Shown here: positions 51,486 to 61,443 of the stretch, piece by piece
Layout of the letters: each line of letters begins with the position of its first letter
Numbering within the stretch: the first letter of the stretch is position 1
Assembly: GCA_963786955.1 (NCBI GenBank)
Contig: CAWBAT010000005.1
Coordinates: 1,216,001-1,280,000 of the forward strand
DNA length: 64,000 nucleotides
Origin: an uncultured Acidimicrobiia bacterium
Lineage (GTDB): Bacteria > Acidobacteriota > Terriglobia > Versatilivoradales > Versatilivoraceae
Reading direction: 5' to 3'
Position numbers and translations under genes: made by a program
Notes under the pieces: model-generated
Told to the model about the DNA's origin: nothing
The model's input: the letters and a program-made list of their open reading frames with translations, nothing else
The model's database searches: none

Positions 51486-52373
51486 ATGATCCGAACTGTT
51501 CTTTCATCGTTATCCCCGGCTCAAAAGAGCCGGATCCGCGGCTGGTATCGGAAGAGTCAGCAGCAGTTGGTCCGCCGATTCTTGTCGTACGATGCGACAG
51601 CGCTAACGGAGTGCCTCCGCAAAATGGGCATTCGCCCTGGAGACACGCTCATGGTTCACAGCGCTTTTGGACCGTTACTGGGATTTCGGGGTTCTCCCAA
51701 CGCGCTCATCGATGTTTTACTGGACGCAGTCGGGGAAGAGGGCAACCTGCTAATGGTCTCGATGTCATACTCGGGCTCGTCTGCCGAGTATTTGAGGACC
51801 CTCCCATATTTCGATGTCCAAAAAACAATTTCCCTTATGGGACTGGTATCCGAAACCTTTCGCCGTCGACCGGCTGTTGTTCGTAGCCTGAATTCCACCC
51901 ATCCCGTTCTGGCTTTCGGACCCAAGGCCGAATGGATTGTTTCAGGGCACGAGAATTGTCCCTATCCTTGTGGCCCGGGTTCCCCCTTTGAAAAGCTACT
52001 CAAATTGAATGGGAAGGTGCTCTTCTATGGAGCCAGCGTGCGGACTTTCACTTTCTACCACTATCTGGAGCATTTAGTGAAAGAGGAATTGCCCTTTCCT
52101 CTCTACGAAGGCCAGCCCTTTGAAGCTCAGGTGATCGATCATCGGGGTCAGATTCGAATTGTGACGACCTATGTGTTCTCGCAAGAGGCCATTCCGCGCC
52201 GCCGCCCCGATAAACTTTTTGCGGAACTCATGAAGCGTAAGCAGTGGAATAAGGCTCGGCTTGGCAATACCCCAATTGTCCTGATCGACGTGAGCCATGC
52301 CCTCTCTTCCACTCTTGACCTGGCAAAACGTGGAATCTACTTCTTCGAGATGAGCCGAATTTCAGGAGCGTAG
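51486..52373 (+). CDS. AAC(3)/Antibiotic_NAT family N-acyltransferase
   Basis: GIRPGDTLMVHSA, GLVSETFRRRP, GPGSPFEKL, TFYHYLE. Confidence 0.85.
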   Translation: MIRTVLSSLSPAQKSRIRGWYRKSQQQLVRRFLSYDATALTECLRKMGIRPGDTLMVHSAFGPLLGFRGSPNALIDVLLDAVGEEGNLLMVSMSYSGSSAEYLRTLPYFDVQKTISLMGLVSETFRRRPAVVRSLNSTHPVLAFGPKAEWIVSGHENCPYPCGPGSPFEKLLKLNGKVLFYGASVRTFTFYHYLEHLVKEELPFPLYEGQPFEAQVIDHRGQIRIVTTYVFSQEAIPRRRPDKLFAELMKRKQWNKARLGNTPIVLIDVSHALSSTLDLAKRGIYFFEMSRISGA

Positions 52374-52585
52374 AGTGATGATTTATTCAACTCGGGAGGA
52401 TCTGCATGGGAGGGCGCATTCGCTGAACGCGCCGCAGACGGCGGTTTCTTCCGGTCCCGTTGGATGTGGATTTTGTGGGTTGCTGATTCTGGATTTGTCC
52501 CCGACTGCGCACCAGCTGATGTTTAGCGCAGACGAAACTGGGGTGATGGTTCTTAACTCACAGGATACAAATTATGTCATAAGGA

Positions 52586-53538
52586 GTGAAGAAAGTGTCC
52601 GAGAAGGTTGATTTCAACAATCGGGTGAGCGATATGGCTAACCTCTATGACGAGGGTAAGCCGCAATTCCTGGGCGCGCGGAATCTTATCTCGCGCAAGC
52701 GGTTTGCGCTGGAGATGGTGGAGACCGGTCTCTCTCACCCCTTGAAGATTCTGGACGCCGGGTGCGGGACAGGCGAGATTGTTGGGCAGCTCATACGATG
52801 CGGGCACGAGGTCTGGGGTCTCGATATCTCGGAGCTGATGATACGTTATGCAAAAGAACACTGCGTCTTGGGCCGATTTCAGCAGGGCGACATCGAACAT
52901 CTTCCGTTTCGGGATAACACCTTTGACATGGTGGTGTGCCTAGGGGTCTTGGAGTATCTGAACACGGACGAGAAGGCCCTTCGTGAAATAAGGCGGGTGC
53001 TCAAACCCGGGGGGGAGCAGTGATCTCTACCCCCAATGCCATCTTTCCTCTCTATTATGTGGACCGCGCGCTCGTCGGTCTAAAGGCTGCCGCTTGGCCC
53101 CTCTACCGTATCCTGAAGTACTTGTCTGGCGGGAGGCCGACCCCTACTCATCAACCCCCCCATGAGCTTATCCACCGGAGGTTTTATCCCAGGCGGTGGC
53201 TGCGGCTCTTGCGCTCGGTGGGCTTGGAGCCACAGGAGTTGGTCTGCCATGGCTGGGGATGGTACCGTTCCTGGCAGCTTGAACAGCTCCTGCAGTTTCT
53301 GTCTCGGCTGGCGGGGCTGTTTAGACTCACCTTGAGCCGATCTTTAGGACAAGCTCTTCTCAACCGAGCCGTTGAGGGAATTGTTCGAAATCGAGCGCTG
53401 AACTGGCTTCTTTCCGAGCAAATTGTCCGGGTGCGTGCGGTCAAGTCGCCGACCTCCCCGCAACTGCCCCGGGTGGTGGCGATCATGAACGCAACGTTCG
53501 TCATCTGTCAAGTAATGCCCGACGTCCTGTGTCACTAG
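52586..53538 (+). CDS. Class I SAM-dependent methyltransferase; frameshift at a G7 run (53009-53015)
   Basis: ILDAGCGTG, GLDIS, LPFRDNTFD, EIRRVLKPGG; continues as VISTPN in ORF 53020-53538. Confidence 0.82.
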
Positions 53539-53549
53539 CTCTCCTTCCT

Positions 53550-55055
53550 ATGTCACCCAGTATTCAAAGCAAGATGATGCGAGGCGCATTCTGGATGGTG
53601 CTATTGAAGTTCGCTGACCACGGCCTTGGGTTTACCAGTATGCTTATCCTCGTGCGACTACTCACGCCCGCGGATTTTGGAATCTCTGCCATGGGAGGTT
53701 CTTGTGTCGCAATGGCGGAGGCACTCACTGCATTCGGGTTCGACATCGCACTGATTCAACATCCGAAACCAAGTAAGGAACACTATCACACGGCGTGGAC
53801 ATGCAATGTGGTTCTCGGATGCACGGTCACCGCACTCTCACTTGCGTTGGCATGGCCGGTAGCCCAGTTTTACCGCCACCCTGAAGTGTTCTGGGTAATG
53901 ACTGCGCTTGCGTTCGGCCCTCTTCTGGTATCTCTGGAGAACATTGGCATCGTCAACTTCCGAAAGGAGTTGCAGTTTCGCAAGGAGTTCACGTTTCGAC
54001 TGAGTCGCAGGATCTTTACTTTCCTTGTGGTCTTGCCGCTGGCCTTCTGGTGGCGCAGCTACTGGGCGCTGGTTTTAGGAATCTTGATTAATAAGCTAGG
54101 AGTCTCTGTGTTGAGCTACATGGCGCATGAATTTCGGCCGCGCTTTTGCATAGCGAAAGTGAAGGAGCTGTTCGATTTTTCGAAGTGGCTCTTAATTGGC
54201 AACATTGTCGGCACTTTGAATAAGCACTTCACAGACTTCATCATCGGGAGATGGCACGGGCCAGCGGCCCTTGGGCTCTATAGCATAAGCTACGAAATTG
54301 CCAACACGCCGACGGCTGATTTGAGTGCCTCCGTCAATCAGGCATTGCTGCCGGGTTTCGCAAAGATCGACACCGGCAAGGAACTACGTGCTGTTTACGG
54401 CGACGCGATGAGCGTCCTTGCGCTGATCGCCTTGCCGGCCGCAGCTGGCCTCTACGCGGTGGCGCCATTCGTCGTGCCCGTGGTACTTGGAAGCAAATGG
54501 TTACAAAGTGCAGCGTTGGTGGAAATCCTCGCCTTCAATGGGGTAGTGTTCCTATTCCATTCCTCTATTTGCACAGTGCTCATGGGGAGAGGCTATCCCG
54601 ATGTCGCCACGAAGACTGGTGCCCTGTACGTCCCGTTGTTTCTCGGGTTACTGGCTCTCTTCGGTATCCATCATGGTGTTGCCGGGGTCGCTTACTCGGC
54701 CTTGGCAGCGTCGGTCTTGATGACTCCCCTCTATCTTTACCAAATGAAGCGGCGGATTGGTGTCGGAGTTAATGTATTCCTACGGGCGATCATCCGACCT
54801 GCACTGGCATCCATTCTAATGGCATGGATCGTGCGCGGGGTGCTGCCAGCGTATGAGTTCTCAATGTCGACGCACCATGCTATCTTCCTGCTGATCGGTG
54901 GCGTTGCTCTCGGCGGTGTGGTTTATGCATTCGCTGCAGGGCTGCTTTGGCTGATCGCTGGACGTCCCGCCAGCGCGGAGCGCCTTGTGCTTGAGCGTAT
55001 CCGAGGCGCGGTCGCGTCGGTTAGCGTCGGCGGTGTATTGTGGAACGGCAGATGA
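53550..55055 (+). CDS. Wzx-type polysaccharide flippase (PST family)
   Basis: LVRLLTPADFG, GFDIALIQ, multiple TM helices, LGSKW. Confidence 0.9.
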   Translation: MSPSIQSKMMRGAFWMVLLKFADHGLGFTSMLILVRLLTPADFGISAMGGSCVAMAEALTAFGFDIALIQHPKPSKEHYHTAWTCNVVLGCTVTALSLALAWPVAQFYRHPEVFWVMTALAFGPLLVSLENIGIVNFRKELQFRKEFTFRLSRRIFTFLVVLPLAFWWRSYWALVLGILINKLGVSVLSYMAHEFRPRFCIAKVKELFDFSKWLLIGNIVGTLNKHFTDFIIGRWHGPAALGLYSISYEIANTPTADLSASVNQALLPGFAKIDTGKELRAVYGDAMSVLALIALPAAAGLYAVAPFVVPVVLGSKWLQSAALVEILAFNGVVFLFHSSICTVLMGRGYPDVATKTGALYVPLFLGLLALFGIHHGVAGVAYSALAASVLMTPLYLYQMKRRIGVGVNVFLRAIIRPALASILMAWIVRGVLPAYEFSMSTHHAIFLLIGGVALGGVVYAFAAGLLWLIAGRPASAERLVLERIRGAVASVSVGGVLWNGR

Positions 55056-55099
55056 TTGGTGGCCGAAAAGAAGAATCTATGCTGGGTTAAGTCAGGGCG

Positions 55100-55534
55100 G
55101 TTGACAGAACGGGCGACTCGATGCGCTAATCTACAACGCTGCAACAGGTGTCCGCAAGCCAATGGATGTCTTCACCCAACGCCACCTTTCGGCGGTCTGG
55201 CAGGTGAATGTCGGGGCATTTTTTGATTTGTCTTTGAAATTTCGTACATGCATGCCGGATGGATCCCGAATCATTGCTGTCTCCTCGGAGGGTGCTCGCC
55301 GTGCATTGGATGGCTACCGGGCTATCGGCAGCTCAAAAGGGGCACTGGAGGCCTTGTGCCGGTAAATGGCGGCCGAATGGGCCCCCGACCGCGTTGCGCA
55401 TGAGGCTCAATCGAACCCGTTGGGTCGGCTTGTTGATCTAAACGAGGTCGCTCAGGTCGTGCACTTCCTTTGTTCTCCTGCATCAGATGCGATCATTGCG
55501 CAAACTCTGGTGATTGATGGAGGGAAGGCTATCT
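55100..55534 (+). pseudogene. Decayed SDR (FabL/FabI-like enoyl- or ketoacyl-ACP reductase)
   Basis: RIIAVSSEG...YRAIGSSKGALEAL, in-frame TAA at 55363, PLGRL...EVAQVVHFLCS...QTLVIDGG; N-terminus missing. Confidence 0.75.
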
Positions 55535-55714
55535 CCGCGCCGCCGCCCCAGGATACTTTTTGCAGAACTCATGAAACGTAAGCAGTGGAATAAGGCTCGG
55601 CTTGGCAATACCCCAATTGTCCTGATCGACGTGAGCCATGCCCTCTCTTCCACCATCGACCTGGCGAAACGTGGAATCTACTTTTACGAGATGAGTCGAA
55701 GCTCAGGGTCGTAG
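55535..55714 (+). repeat. Near-identical duplicate of the 3' end of the AAC(3) gene (52194-52373)
   Basis: AAGCAGTGGAATAAGGCTCGGCTTGGCAATACCCCAATTGTCCTGATCGACGTGAGCCATGCCCTCTCTTCCAC is present in both. Confidence 0.92.
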
Positions 55715-55729
55715 CGGAGGGCAAAAACG

Positions 55730-56020
55730 ATGAATAGTCCCCGAAAGAGTTACTGGAAGACGGTGTTCTTGGCCAGTACGATGCTGGTCGTTGACGTCGC
55801 AGCCGCGGTCTTGGGGTTCGTAAAGGGATCGATCTTTCTTCTCTTGCACGTTTTAAGGTTAAGGCAGGTTCCTAGCTTGTACCTTTCAGCATTCGCTTGT
55901 TCGGGCCTCATCGCGTTATTTTGCTTTTTCATTGTTCTCGGAGGGCTATTCGCGATCTTCGGTGACGCCGGGGAGGTAGTAGAGCAGGCGGCCAGATCCT
56001 TCATCGCTAAAAGACAATGA
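55730..56020 (+). CDS. Small hypothetical membrane protein
   Basis: Hydrophobic 96-aa ORF with GGAGG RBS; ATGA overlap with the next gene. Confidence 0.5.
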   Translation: MNSPRKSYWKTVFLASTMLVVDVAAAVLGFVKGSIFLLLHVLRLRQVPSLYLSAFACSGLIALFCFFIVLGGLFAIFGDAGEVVEQAARSFIAKRQ

Positions 56021-57022
56021 GTAAACGTCTCGTCCTGAACCTTAGAGTTGGAGATCTTGTAGAAGTGCGAACCAAGGAAGAAATTCTTGCGACGCTTGAC
56101 GAACGAGGAACTCTGGATAACATGCCGTTCATGCCCGAAATGCTCAGTTTTTGCGGCAAGACCTTCCGCGTGTTCAAACACGCTCACAAAGTGGATGATC
56201 GGATTGAAAGAACGGGACTAAGACGTTTGGATCACTGTGTCATCCTTGATGCAGTGCGGTGCAGTGGTGAGGGGCATGGGAGTTGTCAAGCCGGTTGTAA
56301 CATCTTGTGGAAAGAAACCTGGTTAAGAAAGGTTCGTCACAGTGCAGAGGAGAAACCAGCTCTCCACTAAGGGCAGGCCTTCTGCCGCCACGACATCGGA
56401 TTCGACGGCCCACGAGGGTCCCTGTACGGATGAGACCTTGATGAAGGTTGCTCGGCGAACCCAGGGACAGGAGCCTTCGTTTGAAGAAGTCTTCATGTGC
56501 CAAGCTACTGAACTCAGAAGAGCAACCTCATATCTGTCACCGTGGAACTTGAGACAATACGTTCTGGACGTTTGGCTTGGAAACATTACCTTCTTTGAGT
56601 TCGTGCGGGGCATGTCTATCTGGCTCTTCAATGAGGTTCAGGCACTTAGAGGAGGCTGTGTCTACCCATATGTGAAAGAAGGCAAATTGACAAAAACCCC
56701 CAAGATTGAACTCAATCTTGAACCAGGAGAAATGGTAAGAGTTAAGACAATGAACGAGATCCAGCAGACCCTCGACAAAGGAACCAAAAACCGTGGATTG
56801 TGGTTTGATAGGGAAATGGTTCGTTATTGCGATGGAAGGTTCAGGGTTTTTAGAAGAGTCAACCGGATCATCGATGAGAAGAGCGGAAGGATGCTCCACT
56901 TCCGCACCGTAAACATCATTCTTGAAGGCGTCACCACTCGAGGCGACTACCATAGGTTTTGCCCCATGAATGAATATATATTTTGGCATGAGATTTGGCT
57001 TGAAAGGATTGAATTAAGATGA
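56017..57022 (+). CDS. Hypothetical protein with two homologous SH3-like domains; frameshift ~56350
   Basis: LNLRVGDLVEVRTKEEILATLD...F.PEM..FCG...WKETWL is repeated as LNLEPGEMVRVKTMNEIQQTLD...FDREM..YCD...WHEIWL. Confidence 0.7.
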
Positions 57023-57367
57023 ATGGTCCTTTCCCATGCTTTTTTGCAACTTGTCATTGTTTAGCTGTGCTCTTGCAGGCCGATTTTGAGAGACGTGCAA
57101 CGCTTTGAGATATATTCAGGATGCCGAACATTCTGGCAATGGGGAACCTTCATTCCATATCTGGGAAAAAGTCCTAACCTTAAGTCCCTAATTTCGGCAA
57201 AACCCGTTAGAAAGATACATGATGGCTTCCAGCGAGTAACTTTTAAGTCACTGAGAATTATAACCAAAGTTCAAGCCCAATCTATTTCTGACAGTAAAGT
57301 TGATTTTTGGTAAAGGGAATGCTGTCTTAAGGATTGGCGATCTCAAAATGATCCGGAGCAAGAAACA

Positions 57368-58273
57368 ATGTCACGAGTGAGTGTTGGCCTGCCCGTTTAT
57401 AACGGAGAGCGCTACTTGCGTATAGCGATAGAGTCGATCTTGGCTCAGACGTACCAGGATTTTGAATTTATCATTTCCGACAATGCATCAACAGATAAGA
57501 CTGAGCAGATTTGCCGTGAGTATGCTAGATCGGACAATCGCATAAGGTATCATCGGAATGAGAAAAACATTGGCGCACCGAGAAACTTCAATTTGGTTTT
57601 TAATCTATCACATGGAGAGTACTTAAAGTGGGCAACTTGCGACGATCACGTTGCCCCGGAAATGATTGAGAAATGTCTTGCAGTGATGGACTCGAATCCC
57701 GATGTCGTTTTGTGTTTTCCGAATGCCAAACTCATCGATGCCGAAGGAATCTTTATAGAGAATTATGATGATGTGCTTCACTTGCAGGATCCAATAGCGA
57801 GCCGTCGATTTATCCAACTCATACAGCAAATCGGGCTTGCACACCAACACCTCGGATTGATCCGTTCTGAAGCGCTGAAAAAGACAATGCTCCATGGTAT
57901 TTTCATGGCTGCAGACATCAACTTCCTAGCTGAATTGAGTCTTTATGGGAAATTTTACAGATTGCCAGAATACCTCCTCTTCCGCAGATTCCATCCTGGC
58001 TCCTCCAGTTGGGATCGGTCAGATCAAAAACGCCAAGTGGTATGGACTGATCCTGGTCGAGGCAACCACATCCGTCTCGACCATTGGGAATCTACTTGGA
58101 ACTTTTTTGAAGCAGTTCGTAGATCTCCTATCCCAGTACGCCAAAAGGTTGAAGCATGGCGCTATCTTTGTCACAAGGCTTACTGGAATAAGAGTATCTT
58201 GTGGGGGGAGCTGATTGATATCTTCAGAAAGGGTAGTCGGCATTTTTCTAAGGCCAAGACTTTATCTCCGTGA
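57368..58273 (+). CDS. Family 2 glycosyltransferase
   Basis: VSVGLPVYNGERYL, ISDNASTD, ATCDD. Confidence 0.92.
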   Translation: MSRVSVGLPVYNGERYLRIAIESILAQTYQDFEFIISDNASTDKTEQICREYARSDNRIRYHRNEKNIGAPRNFNLVFNLSHGEYLKWATCDDHVAPEMIEKCLAVMDSNPDVVLCFPNAKLIDAEGIFIENYDDVLHLQDPIASRRFIQLIQQIGLAHQHLGLIRSEALKKTMLHGIFMAADINFLAELSLYGKFYRLPEYLLFRRFHPGSSSWDRSDQKRQVVWTDPGRGNHIRLDHWESTWNFFEAVRRSPIPVRQKVEAWRYLCHKAYWNKSILWGELIDIFRKGSRHFSKAKTLSP

Positions 58274-58499
58274 TGGTTAGGTTGGGAGTCGGCACGGACC
58301 TATCGCTGCTATCCGTCAAAGAGCTGCAGAGGATCACATTGCTAAATGAGACATTGTCCGGTGATTCTTATGTGGTGAGGGTGAATTTTCGACGACTATT
58401 GAACGCGGCGAGAAGTTATGACTTGGACGATTGCCGAAAGAGTCCGACTTTCTCAACACAAACCGTGAAGCGCGTCTGCACAAGGCTTTTGTGTCTGGG

Positions 58500-59576
58500 A
58501 TGAACATGAAATTTTGGAAGGCAAAGCGAGTCTTGTTGACCGGTCATACAGGATTCAAGGGCAGTTGGTTGGCGCTCTGGCTTCAGGCCCTTGGGGCCGA
58601 AACCATTGGATATTCGCTTCCTCCTCCAACGGAACCAAGCCTATTTGAACTCGCACAGGTATCGAGTGGCATGACCTCGGTTATGGGCGATGTTCGTGAC
58701 TTCGAACTCCTCAAGAGAGTGATTGGAGAGAAGAATCCGGAAATAGTGATCCACATGGCTGCACAGTCAGTAGTCAGATACTCATATGATAGCCCCATCG
58801 AGACGTACTCAACGAATGTCATGGGCACGGTGAACTTGCTCGAGGCGATACGCCAATTGCAACTGCCGTGTGTGGTTGTGAATGTGACGAGCGATAAGTG
58901 CTACGAAAACAAGAACTGGGAGTGGGGGTATCGAGAGAATGAGCAACTGGGCGGGCATGACCCTTACTCCAACAGTAAAGCCTGCTCGGAACTGGTTACC
59001 GCGGCATTTCGAGAGTCCTACTTCCACAATCAGGGCTCTGCACAACCACGGGTTTTGCTTGCTAGCAGCAGAGCGGGGAATGTGATAGGTGGAGGAGATT
59101 GGACAGAAGATCAGCTTGTTCCAGATATTATGAGGGCGTTCATTAAAGGGCAACCAGTGCGAATCCGCAATCCACATGCTGTCCGACCGTGGCAGTTCGT
59201 GCTGGAGCCGTTGCGTGGATATCTCATGCTCGCGGAGCACTTATGGAACCACGGTTCAGAATTTGCAGAAGGTTGGAATTTTGGCCCCCATGAAGAGGAG
59301 GCACAACCTGTTTCCTGGATTGTGCAAAATATTTCGGCTTTGTGGGGAGAAAGCGCCCGCTGGGAGGCGGACCAGGGAATTCATCCTCATGAGGCACAGA
59401 TCCTCAAGCTTGATAGTTCGAAGGCGAGATCAAAGCTTGGGTGGGTACCTAAACTGCACCTTTCTCCTGCCTTAGAGTGGGTTGTTGAATGGTACAAGTC
59501 ATACTGTATGAGAAAGAACCTGCTCGAGGTTACTCGCGCCCAAATAGCCAGATACCAGAACCTAGTAACAAGTTGA
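58500..59576 (+). CDS. rfbG: CDP-glucose 4,6-dehydratase
   Basis: TGHTGFKGSWL, HMAAQ, TSDKCY, DPYSNSK, RAGNVIGGGDW, RPWQFVLEPL. Confidence 0.93.
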   Translation: MNMKFWKAKRVLLTGHTGFKGSWLALWLQALGAETIGYSLPPPTEPSLFELAQVSSGMTSVMGDVRDFELLKRVIGEKNPEIVIHMAAQSVVRYSYDSPIETYSTNVMGTVNLLEAIRQLQLPCVVVNVTSDKCYENKNWEWGYRENEQLGGHDPYSNSKACSELVTAAFRESYFHNQGSAQPRVLLASSRAGNVIGGGDWTEDQLVPDIMRAFIKGQPVRIRNPHAVRPWQFVLEPLRGYLMLAEHLWNHGSEFAEGWNFGPHEEEAQPVSWIVQNISALWGESARWEADQGIHPHEAQILKLDSSKARSKLGWVPKLHLSPALEWVVEWYKSYCMRKNLLEVTRAQIARYQNLVTS

Positions 59577-59606
59577 CATATTTGAATCCGCAACGAGGGG
59601 GACGCC

Positions 59607-60137
59607 TTGCAGTTTATGGATACCACCATTGTGGGTGCCTGGGTAATCGAGCCCAATCCCCACGAAGATGACCGGGGTCGGTTCATGCGAGCATGGTGTA
59701 GCCGGGAGTTTGCCGAACATGGTCTCGACTTTCTTCCTGTGCAGGCAAACATGGGATTTAGCGTCCGCAAAGGGACGGTTCGTGGTATGCACTTCCAGGA
59801 GGAGCCTGCGCTGGAGGCCAAGCTAGTCCGCTGCACGAGAGGAACCATCTTCGATGTGGTCATCGACCTCAGACCGGGGTCCCCGACTTACGGTAAATGG
59901 TACGGTGCAGAATTGAGCTCGGAGAATGGTCGAATGCTCTATGTGCCAGAACACTGTGCGCACGGATACCAGACCCTCGAGGAATCTACGGAGATATATT
60001 ATATGACGTCGGCATTCTACACTCCAAACTCGGTGCGTGGCGTACGATTTGATGATCCGGCCTTTGGTATTGAGTGGCCATTGGTCGCCACGATTGTCTC
60101 TGACCAAGACCGCAACTGGCCGCTCTTGGAGCGGTAG
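59607..60137 (+). CDS. rfbC: dTDP-4-dehydrorhamnose 3,5-epimerase family protein
   Basis: DDRGRF, GTVRGMHFQ, DVVIDLR, AHGYQTL, SDQD. Confidence 0.88.
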   Translation: MQFMDTTIVGAWVIEPNPHEDDRGRFMRAWCSREFAEHGLDFLPVQANMGFSVRKGTVRGMHFQEEPALEAKLVRCTRGTIFDVVIDLRPGSPTYGKWYGAELSSENGRMLYVPEHCAHGYQTLEESTEIYYMTSAFYTPNSVRGVRFDDPAFGIEWPLVATIVSDQDRNWPLLER

Positions 60138-60154
60138 GAGGGACTAATACAAAC

Positions 60155-60478
60155 ATGATCGTAGATACTGCTCATAGAGAGCGAGAAGCTAGCTAATGGT
60201 TGCCCAATCCGCGTCAGAATGGTTGACGCCAGTGCGACAGAGTGGGTTATTGCAGGGTCTACTCAAGAGGCAGAAGCGGCAATCGATGGGGGGCCCGGTC
60301 CTGACTGACGATCCGTCGGTACTGACCGCCTGCAAGGCCATCGATATCCTCGTGGAAGTAACGGGCACAATTGAGGCTGCGGCCCACGTCGTGCTCGAGG
60401 CGTTCGACCACGACAAACATGTGGTCCTGGTGAACGCTGAGCTCGATTCAGTGTTTGGTCCGATTTTGAAGGCAAGAA
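60155..60478 (+). pseudogene. Decayed 5' duplicate of the SAF-domain oxidoreductase at 61444
   Basis: MIVDTA... and PVLTDDPSVLTAC.AIDILVEVTGTIEAAAHVVLEAFDH.KHVVLVNAELDS match 61444-61875; frameshifts and an internal deletion. Confidence 0.85.
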
Positions 60479-60548
60479 CGGGTGAGTATGGTGGAATTTC
60501 ACCATCAACTCGCGTTGGGTTGGGAGTAACAATAATTGGACGTAAAGT

Positions 60549-61289
60549 GTGATGAAAAGACGGTTTATTGTTTCTCCGGTGATCTTTCTTTTTGCTTTAG
60601 CATTTTTGTCTGGTGCCGAAGCTATAGCCAGAACATTCACCACCAATTTCCCTCTTACGGAGAACCCCATTTCAGAGAGTGGAGCTTGGATCAACGGTAA
60701 AACTGTTGGTCTTGATTGGGCTAATGTTAGGACGACTCCAGGGAAAGCATTCGGCACTCAAGTTCCAGGCACAGGCAATTACTACGGAGATTCTACTGCA
60801 GTGCTGTCTGGGAACTGGGGAGCGGATCAAACATTGACCGCTGGTGTTTATTCGGCCAATTTGTCCACAAATGGAGAAGTGGAGCTAAGACTTCGTACAT
60901 CGATCACAGCCCACAGCATTACGGGCTATGAAGTAAATTTTTTGGCTCAAAACAGTGGCAACAGCTACTGCCAGATTGTTCGATGGAACGGTCCTGCAGG
61001 GAGTTTCACGGTCCTGGCAGATGTGGGGGGGAGTTCCACGCAGATTGCGAATGGAGCTACTATTAAGGCGACAATTGTTGGCAACGTCATAACTGCCTAT
61101 GTCAATAGTGTTCAAGTAGCACAGTCGACTGATAGTACCTATGCGACGGGTAGTCCAGGCATAGGATTCTTTCTCTCAGGAGGAAGTTCCAGCTTAAACG
61201 CTGATTTTGGACTTACAAGTTTTACGGCTTCGGACGCCGCAGATACAACAGCTCCATCTCCGCCAGAGAATCTGCGCATTTTACCTTGA
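60549..61289 (+). CDS. Secreted single-domain protein homologous to the internal module of 21171-24437
   Basis: Signal peptide; TTNFPLTENPISE...GTQVPGTGNYYGDS...GSPGIGFFLSGG shared; ends in DTTAPSPPENLRI. Confidence 0.8.
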   Translation: MMKRRFIVSPVIFLFALAFLSGAEAIARTFTTNFPLTENPISESGAWINGKTVGLDWANVRTTPGKAFGTQVPGTGNYYGDSTAVLSGNWGADQTLTAGVYSANLSTNGEVELRLRTSITAHSITGYEVNFLAQNSGNSYCQIVRWNGPAGSFTVLADVGGSSTQIANGATIKATIVGNVITAYVNSVQVAQSTDSTYATGSPGIGFFLSGGSSSLNADFGLTSFTASDAADTTAPSPPENLRILP

Positions 61290-61327
61290 TGAATGAAGCC
61301 AAAAGGGAATCTTCAGAAGAAGTAAAT

Positions 61328-61429
61328 GGTGTGCGATTCGATGATCCAGCCTTCACAATTCAATGGACATTGGTTGCCTCAGTAGTTTCTGAACAGGATC
61401 GCAACTGGCCACTTGTGGAAGGTGTAGGA
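61328..61429 (+). repeat. Diverged duplicate of the rfbC 3' end (60039-60140)
   Basis: Encodes GVRFDDPAF.IQW.LV...VSEQDRNWPL versus GVRFDDPAFGIEWPLV...VSDQDRNWPL. Confidence 0.85.
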
Positions 61430-61443
61430 GGTCCTAAAACAAC

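Noticed and set aside
51486-52373. Aminoglycoside resistance gene
   Set aside because: Only family-level similarity, and the biosynthetic context makes a tailoring acyltransferase more plausible
58270-58503. Possible rfbF remnant before rfbG
   Set aside because: No nucleotidyltransferase motifs recognisable in any frame
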